This document shows, piece after piece, positions 47,749 to 58,693 of a stretch of DNA of 64,000 bases. Below the pieces are notes generated by a model, which had not been told where the DNA came from, did no database searches, and saw nothing but the letters and a program-made list of their open reading frames with translations. The position numbers were made by a program, and so were the translations under genes. The DNA lies in the IMG/VR virus record IMGVR_UViG_3300049048_000052, positions 187,781 through 251,780 of that record; one strand, written 5' to 3'. Within the stretch, counting starts at the first letter, position 1. Each line of letters opens with the position of its first letter.

Positions 47749-48353
47749 TACTTTGTTACCCTCAGTGTGAATGCTAAATTAGAGGGTGTTACTACACTAA
47801 TCACTTCAAGTTCTACTAAACTATTAATTGTCACAGCACCGCTATTTGCTGTAAATGTGGTAACACTAGTACTAGCAGAGACTGCGGTAATACCACTAAC
47901 GGCTACCCCATTAACCTTAAGGGTTACTACAGCAGAGCCTGCCGTTAACCTAAGGGCTAATGAATTAATAGTATAAGCAAAGGCAGCACTTACATCTAAT
48001 ATATATGACTTAACTACAGGAGTCTCTATATGACCCGTCAAGGCATCCATATTAGCCGTAGGTATATATTTACCTAAGGTACCGTTATAACGGAGTACAT
48101 CTCCATTAACAGGGGGATTACTATCAACAGGCACACCCTGTATACCTGAGACAATAGGTAAGTTGGCAGTACCTGATAGATCCTTAGTAAGTCTAAGTCT
48201 ACCCTTAACTAGAGATGAGGCATCCACTAGTATCTGGGATACAGTTATCTTCTCATTAGTAGGAGTGCTATTAGCGGACCTAACTAAGGGTAGTAAGTCC
48301 TCGTCCGCTACGGCAGTGGCTGCTAATAATTCAGTTATCTTCTTACCAGCCAT
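47748..48353 (-). CDS. Short fibre protein (paralog of 48356..49015)
   Basis: KKITEL, KGRLRLTKDLSGTA and GHIETP..KSYIL. Confidence 0.7.
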   Translation of the reverse strand: MAGKKITELLAATAVADEDLLPLVRSANSTPTNEKITVSQILVDASSLVKGRLRLTKDLSGTANLPIVSGIQGVPVDSNPPVNGDVLRYNGTLGKYIPTANMDALTGHIETPVVKSYILDVSAAFAYTINSLALRLTAGSAVVTLKVNGVAVSGITAVSASTSVTTFTANSGAVTINSLVELEVISVVTPSNLAFTLRVTK

Positions 48354-48355
48354 TC

Positions 48356-49015
48356 TTAACCTACCCTGCTAATCTCTATTGTAAATGAGAGGTCTGTTAC
48401 TGTACCTGATGGCACAACCTGCATAGATACGGTAGCCCCGATAGGAACTAATATACCCTGAGGGGCTACGGTTCTCTGTGAACCAGTATTAGCCGTCAGG
48501 TTACTTAAGCCTGATACAGGATTACCATCTACTCTAAGAGTAACCGATGCAGTACCACTTACGGTCTGCATAGTTATACCCTCTAGGTAGTAAGCATATA
48601 CGGCCCTCTGCTCTAAAATGTATGCTTTATTAAGTGGCAGCTCTATCTGCCCACTAATACTGTCTATAGGTTCAAACTTAGCAACCCTTACCCAGTTGGA
48701 TGTGTCTGAGTAGTATATAGCACCAGTCTGACTAACATATGCTAATTGAATGTCTGAGGGAGCGGGAGGTAGGGATGCTACGGTTGTGTATATAGGTATA
48801 ACAAGGGCGCCCCCATCGGAACCCCCAGTGCCGTTGCTAATACTAACAATACGTCCTTTAGCATCAACGGTTACATTAGCATTGTTGTAAAGACCTGCTA
48901 CGACCCCAGTACTAGATAGTTGGGGAGATTCAGCAGTTCCCGCTAAGTCCCCTGTGAGTCTGATCTTACCCTTAATAGTCTGGGTAGCATCAGGTGTATA
49001 TAAATTAAGTCCCAT
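48356..49015 (-). CDS. Short fibre protein (paralog of 47748..48353)
   Basis: DATQTIKGKIRLTGDLAGTA, VTVDAKGRI and GQIELP..KAYIL. Confidence 0.72.
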   Translation of the reverse strand: MGLNLYTPDATQTIKGKIRLTGDLAGTAESPQLSSTGVVAGLYNNANVTVDAKGRIVSISNGTGGSDGGALVIPIYTTVASLPPAPSDIQLAYVSQTGAIYYSDTSNWVRVAKFEPIDSISGQIELPLNKAYILEQRAVYAYYLEGITMQTVSGTASVTLRVDGNPVSGLSNLTANTGSQRTVAPQGILVPIGATVSMQVVPSGTVTDLSFTIEISRVG

Positions 49016-49028
49016 TTGATATCAGCCT

Positions 49029-51512
49029 CTAAGGATAAGGTGTGAATAATTCGAGGTATATAGGATCACCATTATCTTCTAATAGCGTATCTGTACCGTC
49101 TTCTAGTAGGAGAATTAAAGGCTCCACGGGTATCTCATCTAGATATGTGTGATCGTAACATAGAGGACCTATATCGTTGAGGTCAAAATCCTGGAGTATA
49201 CCTTCCAAGTAGAGAAGTTTAATACCTGCAGCTCTAATACGCTCAGTTTCAAGGATAACGTCCTCATCCAATATTTGCTTCACTCTAAGTTCAATAACAT
49301 TAACGGAGGCATAATCATTACCTGATATCAGACTATTGCTTATATCCTTGTTACCTGTATAAGTCTTAGGGGAATCAAATGTTAATACATCCTTCCAAGG
49401 TTCATATATCTCTATAGGATTTATCTCTATAAGCTCAAGACAGGTTTTAAATGAGGACTCTGTATTGGCGCCACCTATAATCTTATGTATCAACCTATTG
49501 GTATACTTGTAATCCTCTTCTCTAAATCTCCTGGATAGCTTAAGATCCTTACCTGTTCTATTTAGATTAGAGCCTCTAGAGGTGGTAATATTGCTGGACT
49601 TTCTTACTCTTAGTAGTGTAGTGGGGATATTAGCAAGTGCCCTACTAACAGATAACAATATAGAACCTAGGACGTTCTTAGGAGACTTGGATAGTTCACT
49701 TACCCAAGTGAAATTAATAGGCCAGGAGTCTCTAACTCTATTAAGGTTTTGGGATCTATGGAACTCTAGAGTATAGAGGTCCTCTATAGAGAATATAGAG
49801 GAGAACTCATAGGACCATAGGGCATTGGGTAGTAGACACTCTGATACAAATGATATGCTCAGGGTATTCCTGTCTGATGCTTGATAGTCTGTAAGGTTAC
49901 TATATACCTGATCTAGTTGACCAATATAGTCTACTAGGTAGTTTGAGTTAAATGCTGATTGGATATTGCTATATAGTAAAGTGTTTATTCTAAGTACTTG
50001 ATTAGTAGTGTAAGAATCACTAATAGATATTACATTAAATATAGATAGGTTATTAGGGTTGCTGATGTCTATGTTAATTAGTTGATCAGGCGCCTTTAGC
50101 TTGCTAGATAAGAAGGCTATGAGAGACTCTGTTATATCTGCCCTACCCTGTAGCCAGGAGAATGTAAGGCCATATGCAGTTGATTCTAGAGTTATATTAA
50201 GGTCACTATAGGATTGTACAAACTGATTAGAGCTTGTATCAAATAGTAGCCTGTAAACAGAATTAGATATTTCCAAGGAATACTCTAATAATGATTGTTG
50301 TTTGGTTACATCATAGGCTTTGAGAAGGGCTAATGAAGTAATAATAGAGGTACTAGTGTTATATACCTCTATAGGTACAGAGAGACCATATACATCATTA
50401 TGTGTATGACCTTCCCTCAATAGAGAGGTCTCAACATTAATCTGAGATAGCAGATAGGTGGCTATAAGATTAATAGTAGGTTCATACCTACTATCGTTAT
50501 AACTTAATTGGTATACACAGTAGGCATACAGTAACCATGCAAGGGCCCTTGTGTTTACCTCTCTAGATATAAGAGTTTCATCAATGCCGACTTTAACACA
50601 ATCATTCTCTAAACAACCCTCTTCTATGTAACGTACCTCATTATTCTGATACTTGTTATCAGCATTAGGCCCGTATATATCTGAAGGCTCAGTATAGGTG
50701 GCAGGATACCTAGGAATAGAGCCATATCGCTTGGAAGAGATATCACGATCTACTAACCTAGATAATCTGGCTAGATTATCCTCTATTACCTGTTTTATAT
50801 GAGGGTCTCTATAAGAGTCATCTCTATATAAAGTTTGGCCCTTAATAGGTCTATAGTAATTAGTAAGTAGTAGAGGTAATAATGAGAATGCTATATCCTC
50901 TAGGTCCGTCTTCTGATCTACGTAGTTGTAACCTAATATATAACCTGTTTGATAACGTGTTAGGTTATCCGGATTACTATAGGTGCCCATATGGTTAAGT
51001 ACAGGAGTAACTGTAGTAGGACTTACCCTCTTAAGCTGCACAAACTTAATGGATTGAGGTAATAAGGAGTAAGAACGGAAGGTCATATTATTAAATAGAC
51101 TTACATTCTCATCTCTAATAGCGATATCCCCACAAGCCAAATATACATAACCTATATCCACTACATAAGTATCGCCATTTTCATCTAGGGGACCCCTTAC
51201 CCAATATTGGGTGGTGCCCCCTATTGTCCTGCTGATATCGGTCTTAATGGCTGTGGTCCATATACCAGTTTCTTCTAAACAGCCATACTCAATGCAGTCC
51301 TTCTCTACTATGGTACCGCCATAGTCTAAAGCAAGGTATCTTACTATACCCTCTACTATACCCCTATCGTAGTAGCCGCCATTCTTGGTTAACTCTATAT
51401 GTACTAAGGGTCTATTCGGGTCTGTAGTAATATTACTCTTTATAAGAGATTCCCCTCCGGTTCTATGGAGACTCTCTAGATGGGAAGTACAGAGTTCTTC
51501 TCTTGTTATCAC
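49029..51512 (-). CDS. Baseplate wedge protein (gpI/gp7-like C-terminus) with a possible alpha/alpha-toroid domain
   Basis: ITTSRGSNLNRTG..RRFREEDYKYTNRL and IRAAGIK; follows baseplate J. Confidence 0.6.
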   Translation of the reverse strand: MITREELCTSHLESLHRTGGESLIKSNITTDPNRPLVHIELTKNGGYYDRGIVEGIVRYLALDYGGTIVEKDCIEYGCLEETGIWTTAIKTDISRTIGGTTQYWVRGPLDENGDTYVVDIGYVYLACGDIAIRDENVSLFNNMTFRSYSLLPQSIKFVQLKRVSPTTVTPVLNHMGTYSNPDNLTRYQTGYILGYNYVDQKTDLEDIAFSLLPLLLTNYYRPIKGQTLYRDDSYRDPHIKQVIEDNLARLSRLVDRDISSKRYGSIPRYPATYTEPSDIYGPNADNKYQNNEVRYIEEGCLENDCVKVGIDETLISREVNTRALAWLLYAYCVYQLSYNDSRYEPTINLIATYLLSQINVETSLLREGHTHNDVYGLSVPIEVYNTSTSIITSLALLKAYDVTKQQSLLEYSLEISNSVYRLLFDTSSNQFVQSYSDLNITLESTAYGLTFSWLQGRADITESLIAFLSSKLKAPDQLINIDISNPNNLSIFNVISISDSYTTNQVLRINTLLYSNIQSAFNSNYLVDYIGQLDQVYSNLTDYQASDRNTLSISFVSECLLPNALWSYEFSSIFSIEDLYTLEFHRSQNLNRVRDSWPINFTWVSELSKSPKNVLGSILLSVSRALANIPTTLLRVRKSSNITTSRGSNLNRTGKDLKLSRRFREEDYKYTNRLIHKIIGGANTESSFKTCLELIEINPIEIYEPWKDVLTFDSPKTYTGNKDISNSLISGNDYASVNVIELRVKQILDEDVILETERIRAAGIKLLYLEGILQDFDLNDIGPLCYDHTYLDEIPVEPLILLLEDGTDTLLEDNGDPIYLELFTPYP

Positions 51513-52570
51513 TATACTATCCTCAAGTCTATAACTAGGGAGTCTATACCTATGGCACTCTCAGCCTCTACGCTAATATCCTCAGTAGGTGTTATAACCT
51601 GACAGTTAGTTATGCCGGGTACAGCTAGAGCTATAGCTGCTATAGAACTAAGGGACATTGTGCCGCCTAGTGGTATAGACTCGCCGTAAGAGGTGATCCT
51701 GGCTTTTACTTCGGATAATGTGGCCTGGTATATATCAGGCCTATCAGTGTTTAATAGGAGTGATACTGATGTCCTATAAACCTGCAATGGCTTAACTATA
51801 TAAGATACACCGGAGGCCTTATTCTGATCTATGAGAGCCCTTACAGAGGCTTGAACTCTTGCATCTTGACTGTCTATATATACAGTTATGAAACCCGTAG
51901 CAGGTGTGTGTTCCTTAATATATATTCTGCCCGGCACATAGGATAATATGGCCGTATATATAGCCTCTCTAGTACCCCTAGCTAAACTAGTAATATAAGA
52001 GGATATCCTAGATCTCAGCTGCCTATCTGACTCAGAGGACTTACCTCCTACAAGCGATACCTGAGGTTCTTTAGTAGTTGGGTCCCTATACTTACCTACT
52101 ACAAATGTAACCTGAGGATATCTAGCAGAGAATAGTCTGATACCTGCATCCAGATTGGCATCGCTAGTGTTATCTACTGAGGTAATAGGTATGGGATTCT
52201 CAGTATAGATAAATACGTCAGCGGTAGTAGTAAACTGTAGGGTCTGCTGTGCGTTGGTTAGTACTGTGCCAGAGGGTATTTCTATCTGACTAGCAGAGGC
52301 TAGAACAAAGCCGCTGGCGGGTAGACCTAACTGTCTGGCCAGACCTACATCAGATGCCTTGCGATCTAGCTCTTCTGCTTTAGCAGTGTCTAGATAAAAG
52401 GAGTTCTCTATATTAGATAAGAGTAGATCTTGTTCAGCCGCTATTATGGCACTGCTCCTTAGCAGTGCATATATATTACTAAAGGGGGAGAAGTTAGCCA
52501 AGGGTGAGGATAGAGACTGTAAGCCCCTTCTCATGGTTTGCATAACCTCGTTTACTGATCTGGGTATCAT
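51512..52570 (-). CDS. Baseplate J/gp47 family protein
   Basis: LDTAKAEELDRKA, IPSGT, GGKSSESDRQLRSRI, ARGT and VPGI. Confidence 0.92.
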   Translation of the reverse strand: MIPRSVNEVMQTMRRGLQSLSSPLANFSPFSNIYALLRSSAIIAAEQDLLLSNIENSFYLDTAKAEELDRKASDVGLARQLGLPASGFVLASASQIEIPSGTVLTNAQQTLQFTTTADVFIYTENPIPITSVDNTSDANLDAGIRLFSARYPQVTFVVGKYRDPTTKEPQVSLVGGKSSESDRQLRSRISSYITSLARGTREAIYTAILSYVPGRIYIKEHTPATGFITVYIDSQDARVQASVRALIDQNKASGVSYIVKPLQVYRTSVSLLLNTDRPDIYQATLSEVKARITSYGESIPLGGTMSLSSIAAIALAVPGITNCQVITPTEDISVEAESAIGIDSLVIDLRIV

Positions 52571-52992
52571 AGACTTAATGTGGTAACAATAGTTTGGACG
52601 GGTTGTCCTAGTAGGGAATACTCAACCTTAACGTCAATAGTATCGAAGCTGACAACGTTAACTCTTACTGACTCAAGATTAATCTCAGAGGACACAAAGG
52701 ATATAGCACTCTCTATATCCTGTTTAATCTGGGAGACAAGATTAACTGTAAGGCCCTCAGATAGACGACTATATATAGCATCCCCAAAACCCCCATCCAG
52801 ATTAGATATACCATTAGTATCTATAACATAGCGACCTATATAACCTAAGGGCGTCTCAACGGCCCTTCTTACTAAGTGTCTAATGGCAGTCACTTCATCC
52901 TCTACCTCTATGTCATAGTAGGTAATACTATCGTCGGCGCCATCAAACTCTCTAATAGAAAAGTCCTGATTTACTAGTTTTATGTCTATCAT
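52567..52992 (-). CDS. gp25/GPW-like sheath initiator
   Basis: AVETPLG..FG..LSE pattern; size and position before baseplate J. Confidence 0.7.
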   Translation of the reverse strand: MIDIKLVNQDFSIREFDGADDSITYYDIEVEDEVTAIRHLVRRAVETPLGYIGRYVIDTNGISNLDGGFGDAIYSRLSEGLTVNLVSQIKQDIESAISFVSSEINLESVRVNVVSFDTIDVKVEYSLLGQPVQTIVTTLSL

Positions 52993-53366
52993 GATAGGGG
53001 TATAGGTGGGAATGTAGAGAAGGGCATACCTACTATTAACTTGGCTTTATCCCTAGTAATTCCTACTACTATTTGGCCGGATACACTGGTATTACCATTC
53101 TTGTAAACAGTTATCTTAATAGTATAGAAACCTAGGTTCAGATTGTTACTCTTTTTGTATAAGAAGAGTACCCCATTAGCAGAGTAATTGACTATCTCTT
53201 CCCATAGCTTCATTTGGGTAGGACCACAGTTAAGCCAGTTAAAGTTAGGATTCTCAGATGAGTAATGTATTTCACACTTAGTGGCCACAGCATCTGCTAC
53301 ATCTAAGGCAGGCACAAATACGGCTATACCCTTATTAATTACGGGAGGTGGTGCAATTGGTTTCAT
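52989..53366 (-). CDS. Hypothetical baseplate-region protein
   Basis: Coupled ORF with ATGA overlaps. Confidence 0.7.
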   Translation of the reverse strand: MKPIAPPPVINKGIAVFVPALDVADAVATKCEIHYSSENPNFNWLNCGPTQMKLWEEIVNYSANGVLFLYKKSNNLNLGFYTIKITVYKNGNTSVSGQIVVGITRDKAKLIVGMPFSTFPPIPLS

Positions 53367-56300
53367 ATAACTATATACGCATCGCTTATAAGTGGGATTA
53401 ATCTATTACCAATATCATCTATATCATATTCATATATGAGACCTTGGGGATCCTGCAACTGTATAACTGGGACAGCCCTACTTATAATAGCTATACCTAT
53501 ATTGTTGGCCAGTTGGTAGTCAGTTATTTGGTAGCTGTATACAGTGGGAGTATACTGCCCTGGGCCTATGTAAGGCTTTAGCTCAGTAAGATCCCTGGCC
53601 CTTACAAATGTATTAATCTTAAGTTGTAGGACGTCACCAGCAGAGGGAATCTTTCCACCTAGGATATTGGCTTTAGGATTAGCAAGACCAAATAGTATCC
53701 TAGCATTGTAGGTTTCTTTTATTTCTACAGTGCCTTGGATATAGGTGGTAGTCGGTACTCTAAAGCAACCATCTAAGGGAATATCTAAGGAGAGCTGTTT
53801 GATGCTATCTACTACTTTAGGGTCTATAGTATCTAAGAAGTTTTCAGGTGTGTCCTTAATAGTATTAAAGGCCTGTATTAATCTTGGTAGATCCTCGGTG
53901 GCCCCCACTGCATCATTGGGATTTCCGCCCTTAAATAGATTAGATACCTTACCGAGTAGGCTATTTATCTTACCTAGTAGGTCTAGACAATTCAATATAG
54001 TATTTACCTGATCTAGGAACCCTATATTGTACTTATTCATAAGGTTTACCAGTTCAGGAACTTTACTAAGGGCCTCAATGGTACCATATAAAGTCTCCGC
54101 AACGTCTATAGCATCTCGTACTGTTCCTGCATTCTCAGGTCCAGCTATAAAGTCAAGCAGACTATTAAAGGAGCCTCCCTTAATAACCGTCATAACGTCC
54201 CCAGTATTTATATCTTTTATAAGACCTTGAACGTTTCTATATAGGCCCACCGCAGTACCTATCTCGCTGACCCCAGTAATCTTCTGTAATACAGAGGCGA
54301 TGCTGTCTATCAATCTATCGCTGTCTATTGGTTGGCCATTAGTATTATCGATTATGATGCGGGTTATATCAGGTATAGCTGAGGCATATCTATCATCTAG
54401 GAAATTGGATAGTACTTGGGAAACTGAATCTACTAATCCCCTATCTACTAGTTGACGGAAGTCTGCCTCTGGATTCTTAAGTAGAATATCCCCTATATTA
54501 ATTAGAGGAGTTAGGCTGGAATCAAACTTAGAGACAAAGTAGTTAAGTCCTGAGAGGTCATTCTGGCATATACCTTCTAAAGCACTAAGACCGTCACTTA
54601 CACTGACTATAATAGGAAGACCTATACCAATAGCACTACTAATTTCTGTGCCATTGTTATTGAGTACATCAATAACACCCCCAAAGTAACCTACAGCAGC
54701 TATATAACTACCAATGTCCTGCGTCCTCTTAACTAACTGAGGACCTCCTTCCATATCAAGTATATAAGGAGGTACATCCTGTATAAGAACCTTATCCAAA
54801 TTCTTTATTACTTCCTTAGTGGTCAGGTCTGGTATCTTAAATTGTTTAGCTGCCTCAGTAACCGCTGAAGGCACTGCCTTTAGTAATGGGGGTAGTAAGT
54901 CTGGTCCCTTTTCATCCTTAGGGGATTCTTGTTTATTAGGTAATTGGCGAGAATATCTACTAGGGTATATATGGAGACCGCCCTTTATAAACTCCGAACC
55001 TCTTATAGCAGAGGTACTCTCCACTTGAGAGGTCTCTTGTTTGTTAGGACTATTAGAGGAGGCTAAGGCTCTAGGAGGACTAAACTTGTCGGCGGTACTG
55101 GTCTTATTTATATGAGCGGGTTGTCTAAGTGTCGGGTTACCATCACTAGTTCTACCTATAGAACTAGTAGACGTACCAGTTGCTGCATAGATATGATTCT
55201 CTCTGTTTGGTTGAATAGGGGGTTTATACATATGGCCTTCCCTATTAGTCTCAGGAGGTAGGTCATCTTGACTCATACCCTCTGCAGACTTCTTACCTAA
55301 CTCTATACCTTTCTTAATGTTGTCCTGAGCTGAAGGTTTCTTGACCTTGAATCTATCAGGTATACAAGCCTCAAGACTGGATAGAGCTCCACTAGGAAGA
55401 GTTGGTAACTCAGGTATCTGTACGATCTTACCTGGAGTTACGGATTCTATATCAAAGGGCACTATAGGTATAGGCATTCTACCCAGAAACGTTAGACCTC
55501 CATATATAAATAGGCCACCCCTATTAGTGGCCGCAGTGAGGGTCTGACCACCAGAGATAGTCATAGTGCGAGTGGCAGAGAAAAGGCTATTCTTGGTAGC
55601 GCTAATAGCAGCCTCAGTAGCTACATTAATAATGCTTTGACTAATGGCGGCAGTTATCTCACCAGCATTAGTAACAAAGTTACCACTACTAGTAACCGAG
55701 ATATTACCAGTATTACCGCCCTTACCATTACTAATCAGTTTGATATAACCATTAGAACCTGTTAGAGGATCTAAGGGATTACTACCTGCAGCATTAACAG
55801 ATGCGACATCCTCTGTAGAGGCAGATGCAGTGATAGTAAGATCACCGGATTGAAGGGATGTGGCATTACGAGAGCTAATACGCATAGTAGAGGCAGATGC
55901 CTGCTCTAAGTGATCATCAGCATATATATTGGTATTCTGACCTTGTATCTCGTTGAGGCCTGTAGCAACTGACTGGGCTTCCTTAGAGAAACTCCTATTA
56001 CTCTCAGTTGCTACAGTTTGTATATAAGTAGCTGTCTTTTGGTCTACTGCTAATTCTGTATATCTATTCTTACCTATATTAAACTGTTCATCTGATATAG
56101 TAGCTATTTGGTTGGCGTGTATCTGCTGTAGCTTAGTATTCATACTAAATACAGGAGACATGATATTAGTTACTGCATCAGAACCAATATGTAATGTGTT
56201 GGCACCTATTCGCAGGTCGGTACCTGCTGATATGATAATGCCCCCGTTAGACTTAGATGCACTACGGGATACAGATTCGGCAGCACTGGATAATGTCTTA

Positions 56301-56701
56301 CCTGCCTTCTCTGTACCTTTCTTAATCGGATCACTTGCCTTCTTACCATCCTTAGTTAGAGAGGCCACTCTTTGAGAGGACTCCGAGGCAGGTTGTAAAT
56401 ATGACTCGGTAGTAGATTGAGAGGTACCCATAAACGAGTTAACTGGGTAGGTGCCACTAATAGCAGCCAAAGGCTCTGCTAGTATCTGATGAGATATGTT
56501 AAGAGGTTTATCCGTATTATCAGACTTAGCAGAGGTGGATGATAGTAAATCTATACCTGTTGTAAAGGAATACTTAGTAGCCTGCAGGTTAGTATTAATA
56601 GAGTCCTTCTGAACATCATAAGCCTTCAGGTTATAACCCTTACCTGAGTAAGTAGATAATTTGGGGCTATCTAATAGCTCCTTGATACTAGTAGTTGTCA
56701 T
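53363..56701 (-). CDS. Large putative baseplate/spike-associated protein
   Basis: 1112 aa; Ser/Thr/Ala beta-repeat-like N-half, low-complexity linker, amphipathic helical C-half. Confidence 0.65.
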   Translation of the reverse strand: MTTTSIKELLDSPKLSTYSGKGYNLKAYDVQKDSINTNLQATKYSFTTGIDLLSSTSAKSDNTDKPLNISHQILAEPLAAISGTYPVNSFMGTSQSTTESYLQPASESSQRVASLTKDGKKASDPIKKGTEKAGKTLSSAAESVSRSASKSNGGIIISAGTDLRIGANTLHIGSDAVTNIMSPVFSMNTKLQQIHANQIATISDEQFNIGKNRYTELAVDQKTATYIQTVATESNRSFSKEAQSVATGLNEIQGQNTNIYADDHLEQASASTMRISSRNATSLQSGDLTITASASTEDVASVNAAGSNPLDPLTGSNGYIKLISNGKGGNTGNISVTSSGNFVTNAGEITAAISQSIINVATEAAISATKNSLFSATRTMTISGGQTLTAATNRGGLFIYGGLTFLGRMPIPIVPFDIESVTPGKIVQIPELPTLPSGALSSLEACIPDRFKVKKPSAQDNIKKGIELGKKSAEGMSQDDLPPETNREGHMYKPPIQPNRENHIYAATGTSTSSIGRTSDGNPTLRQPAHINKTSTADKFSPPRALASSNSPNKQETSQVESTSAIRGSEFIKGGLHIYPSRYSRQLPNKQESPKDEKGPDLLPPLLKAVPSAVTEAAKQFKIPDLTTKEVIKNLDKVLIQDVPPYILDMEGGPQLVKRTQDIGSYIAAVGYFGGVIDVLNNNGTEISSAIGIGLPIIVSVSDGLSALEGICQNDLSGLNYFVSKFDSSLTPLINIGDILLKNPEADFRQLVDRGLVDSVSQVLSNFLDDRYASAIPDITRIIIDNTNGQPIDSDRLIDSIASVLQKITGVSEIGTAVGLYRNVQGLIKDINTGDVMTVIKGGSFNSLLDFIAGPENAGTVRDAIDVAETLYGTIEALSKVPELVNLMNKYNIGFLDQVNTILNCLDLLGKINSLLGKVSNLFKGGNPNDAVGATEDLPRLIQAFNTIKDTPENFLDTIDPKVVDSIKQLSLDIPLDGCFRVPTTTYIQGTVEIKETYNARILFGLANPKANILGGKIPSAGDVLQLKINTFVRARDLTELKPYIGPGQYTPTVYSYQITDYQLANNIGIAIISRAVPVIQLQDPQGLIYEYDIDDIGNRLIPLISDAYIVI

Positions 56702-58031
56702 TTATAGGATCATCCTTAAAGTCTTTTCTTCCATCTTCTATTCCAGATAGAAGAGCTAAATTATCAGCCGTATTAATCATGTGTTCTAGGTTAGATTTCT
56801 TTAGTAGCCTAGAGGCTAAATATATTAGTCTGAAGATGCGGCCTAATTCATCTGTGGGTACTAATGTTTGATCTGTTGATCTGTTATTACTTATGTGAGT
56901 ATGTACAAGTATATAAGCCCTATTAAGTAATGAGGCCGCAGATATAAGTAATGCCATGTTAAGTCCTGAGGGATTAGGGTATGTTTCTAATAACAACTGT
57001 GAGGCCTCCCTAAGGAGTCCCGCCCTATCATTAAGACTTATATTAAGCACTAACTCCTCTAGGAGTATATCTATAGAACCTGAGGGCGCCCCAGCAATAT
57101 AACTTGTCCTCTTCCTAATATCCACTAACTCCTCCTCTACCTTATAAAGGATAGGACATATACTCTGGTGTATAAAATCCCAACCTAGATTAACTAGAGA
57201 GTCATGATCTATACCGTTAGACAAACATAAACAAGCAATGTCCTTCAGGGTATCGTAAGCATACCTGCTATTCTCTGTCTCGGGGACTAAGGGTAATATG
57301 GGTAGATCTGTCTCACTATAAGGTTGAAGGTACCAAGATATTACCTTGGGCAACCAAGACTGTAAGAATTGAAGCCTCTTGTATGAGGTCCTAATAATAT
57401 TGACCCTAGAGACTAAATCACTATGGAATCTATATATTGCGGTGTCACTCTCTATTGAGTCCTTAGTAGTATGCTCTATAAACTGGTCATAGATATTGAC
57501 TATCTGTTGGGTATCCTCTCTTTCCCTAAGAGGTTGGACAGTTAGATCGATAAGACTTCTAATATTTACATCTATAAGTTGAGAAGTGGATTGATATTCC
57601 TCTAAGGTTTCTTTGAATACCTGATAATAAGATAGAGTTCCGTATGTTCCCACCCAAGTCTTAAAGTTGGAGAACATTAGCTCGTTAACATAGTCATCCG
57701 TGGGTAGTATCTTAAGTGAGCTAACACCTATCTTCCTCCTACAATAATGAGGGCTAAGCTTCCTTCTATCCATAGAACCAATCGTGGGTATGGTTAAGAG
57801 GGTAACCATATAGCTTTCTAGGGAGAGTAAGAGGGAATATAGACTAGCCTCGTCTTGGGCATCTATCTCCCTACTCTGCAATTCTTGGAGTTCTGAGAAT
57901 CTACTTATAGTGTTAATGCAGTTAAAGCTCAAATTAAGATAGCCCTTAAAAAGAAGGGCATTGCTAGTATTGTCCTGGTTATATATGTATGTATCCTCTA
58001 TAGGAAGTTCGTCTAAATACTGTATATCCAT
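56688..58031 (-). CDS. Hypothetical helical protein
   Basis: 447-aa ORF in the operon. Confidence 0.75.
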   Translation of the reverse strand: MDIQYLDELPIEDTYIYNQDNTSNALLFKGYLNLSFNCINTISRFSELQELQSREIDAQDEASLYSLLLSLESYMVTLLTIPTIGSMDRRKLSPHYCRRKIGVSSLKILPTDDYVNELMFSNFKTWVGTYGTLSYYQVFKETLEEYQSTSQLIDVNIRSLIDLTVQPLREREDTQQIVNIYDQFIEHTTKDSIESDTAIYRFHSDLVSRVNIIRTSYKRLQFLQSWLPKVISWYLQPYSETDLPILPLVPETENSRYAYDTLKDIACLCLSNGIDHDSLVNLGWDFIHQSICPILYKVEEELVDIRKRTSYIAGAPSGSIDILLEELVLNISLNDRAGLLREASQLLLETYPNPSGLNMALLISAASLLNRAYILVHTHISNNRSTDQTLVPTDELGRIFRLIYLASRLLKKSNLEHMINTADNLALLSGIEDGRKDFKDDPINDNY

Positions 58032-58693
58032 CTCTCTATTACCTGAGCTACTGATTGTACTGTTCTCTCGGAGAAGCCTAAACCACGACTAGCCATGACG
58101 CCTGCCTTTACCCTATCACCATTAACTACTATAGACTGGAAGGCATCCATGCCTATGACCTGATAGTCACAACAGTTAAATATCCTATCTAGTTTGTCAT
58201 AGAGGGATAGATCGTCCTTACTTATAAACTCTATAGTTGAGTCCATACCTATAACATGTGTTATGGCTGAGGTCTCTTCTCTATCTAAAGATGCCTTAAT
58301 AGTATTACTGAAGTTCACCGAGGTGACTGATTCAGATAACCTAAGAAGACTTACTGAACTAGGTATATTACTTATGATCTTCTGTTTGAAGTCAGATCCC
58401 TCTTGTTCAGTGTAGTACTTAAGAGTATCAGCATCCTCCTTACTAAATAAATAGGCAAGGAGCACCTGTACCTTAGGTGGAAATAAGAATAGGTTAACCT
58501 GACCCGCTCTAGTATCAAACATCCTAAGCTTAGGTCCCTCTTCAGGTATAGCAGTTATAGAGGATTGTATAAGGTGAGATAGTAGCTCATACTGAGCTTC
58601 ACTACCACCATCATCTGCTATAGCAGACTTAAGTAGATATTCATGTTCCCTGCCAATGTAGTAGGGGTAATTGGATGATAGTGTTGCTGCCAT
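58013..58693 (-). CDS. Hypothetical protein
   Basis: 226-aa ORF coupled to the lysin gene. Confidence 0.75.
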   Translation of the reverse strand: MAATLSSNYPYYIGREHEYLLKSAIADDGGSEAQYELLSHLIQSSITAIPEEGPKLRMFDTRAGQVNLFLFPPKVQVLLAYLFSKEDADTLKYYTEQEGSDFKQKIISNIPSSVSLLRLSESVTSVNFSNTIKASLDREETSAITHVIGMDSTIEFISKDDLSLYDKLDRIFNCCDYQVIGMDAFQSIVVNGDRVKAGVMASRGLGFSERTVQSVAQVIERWIYSI

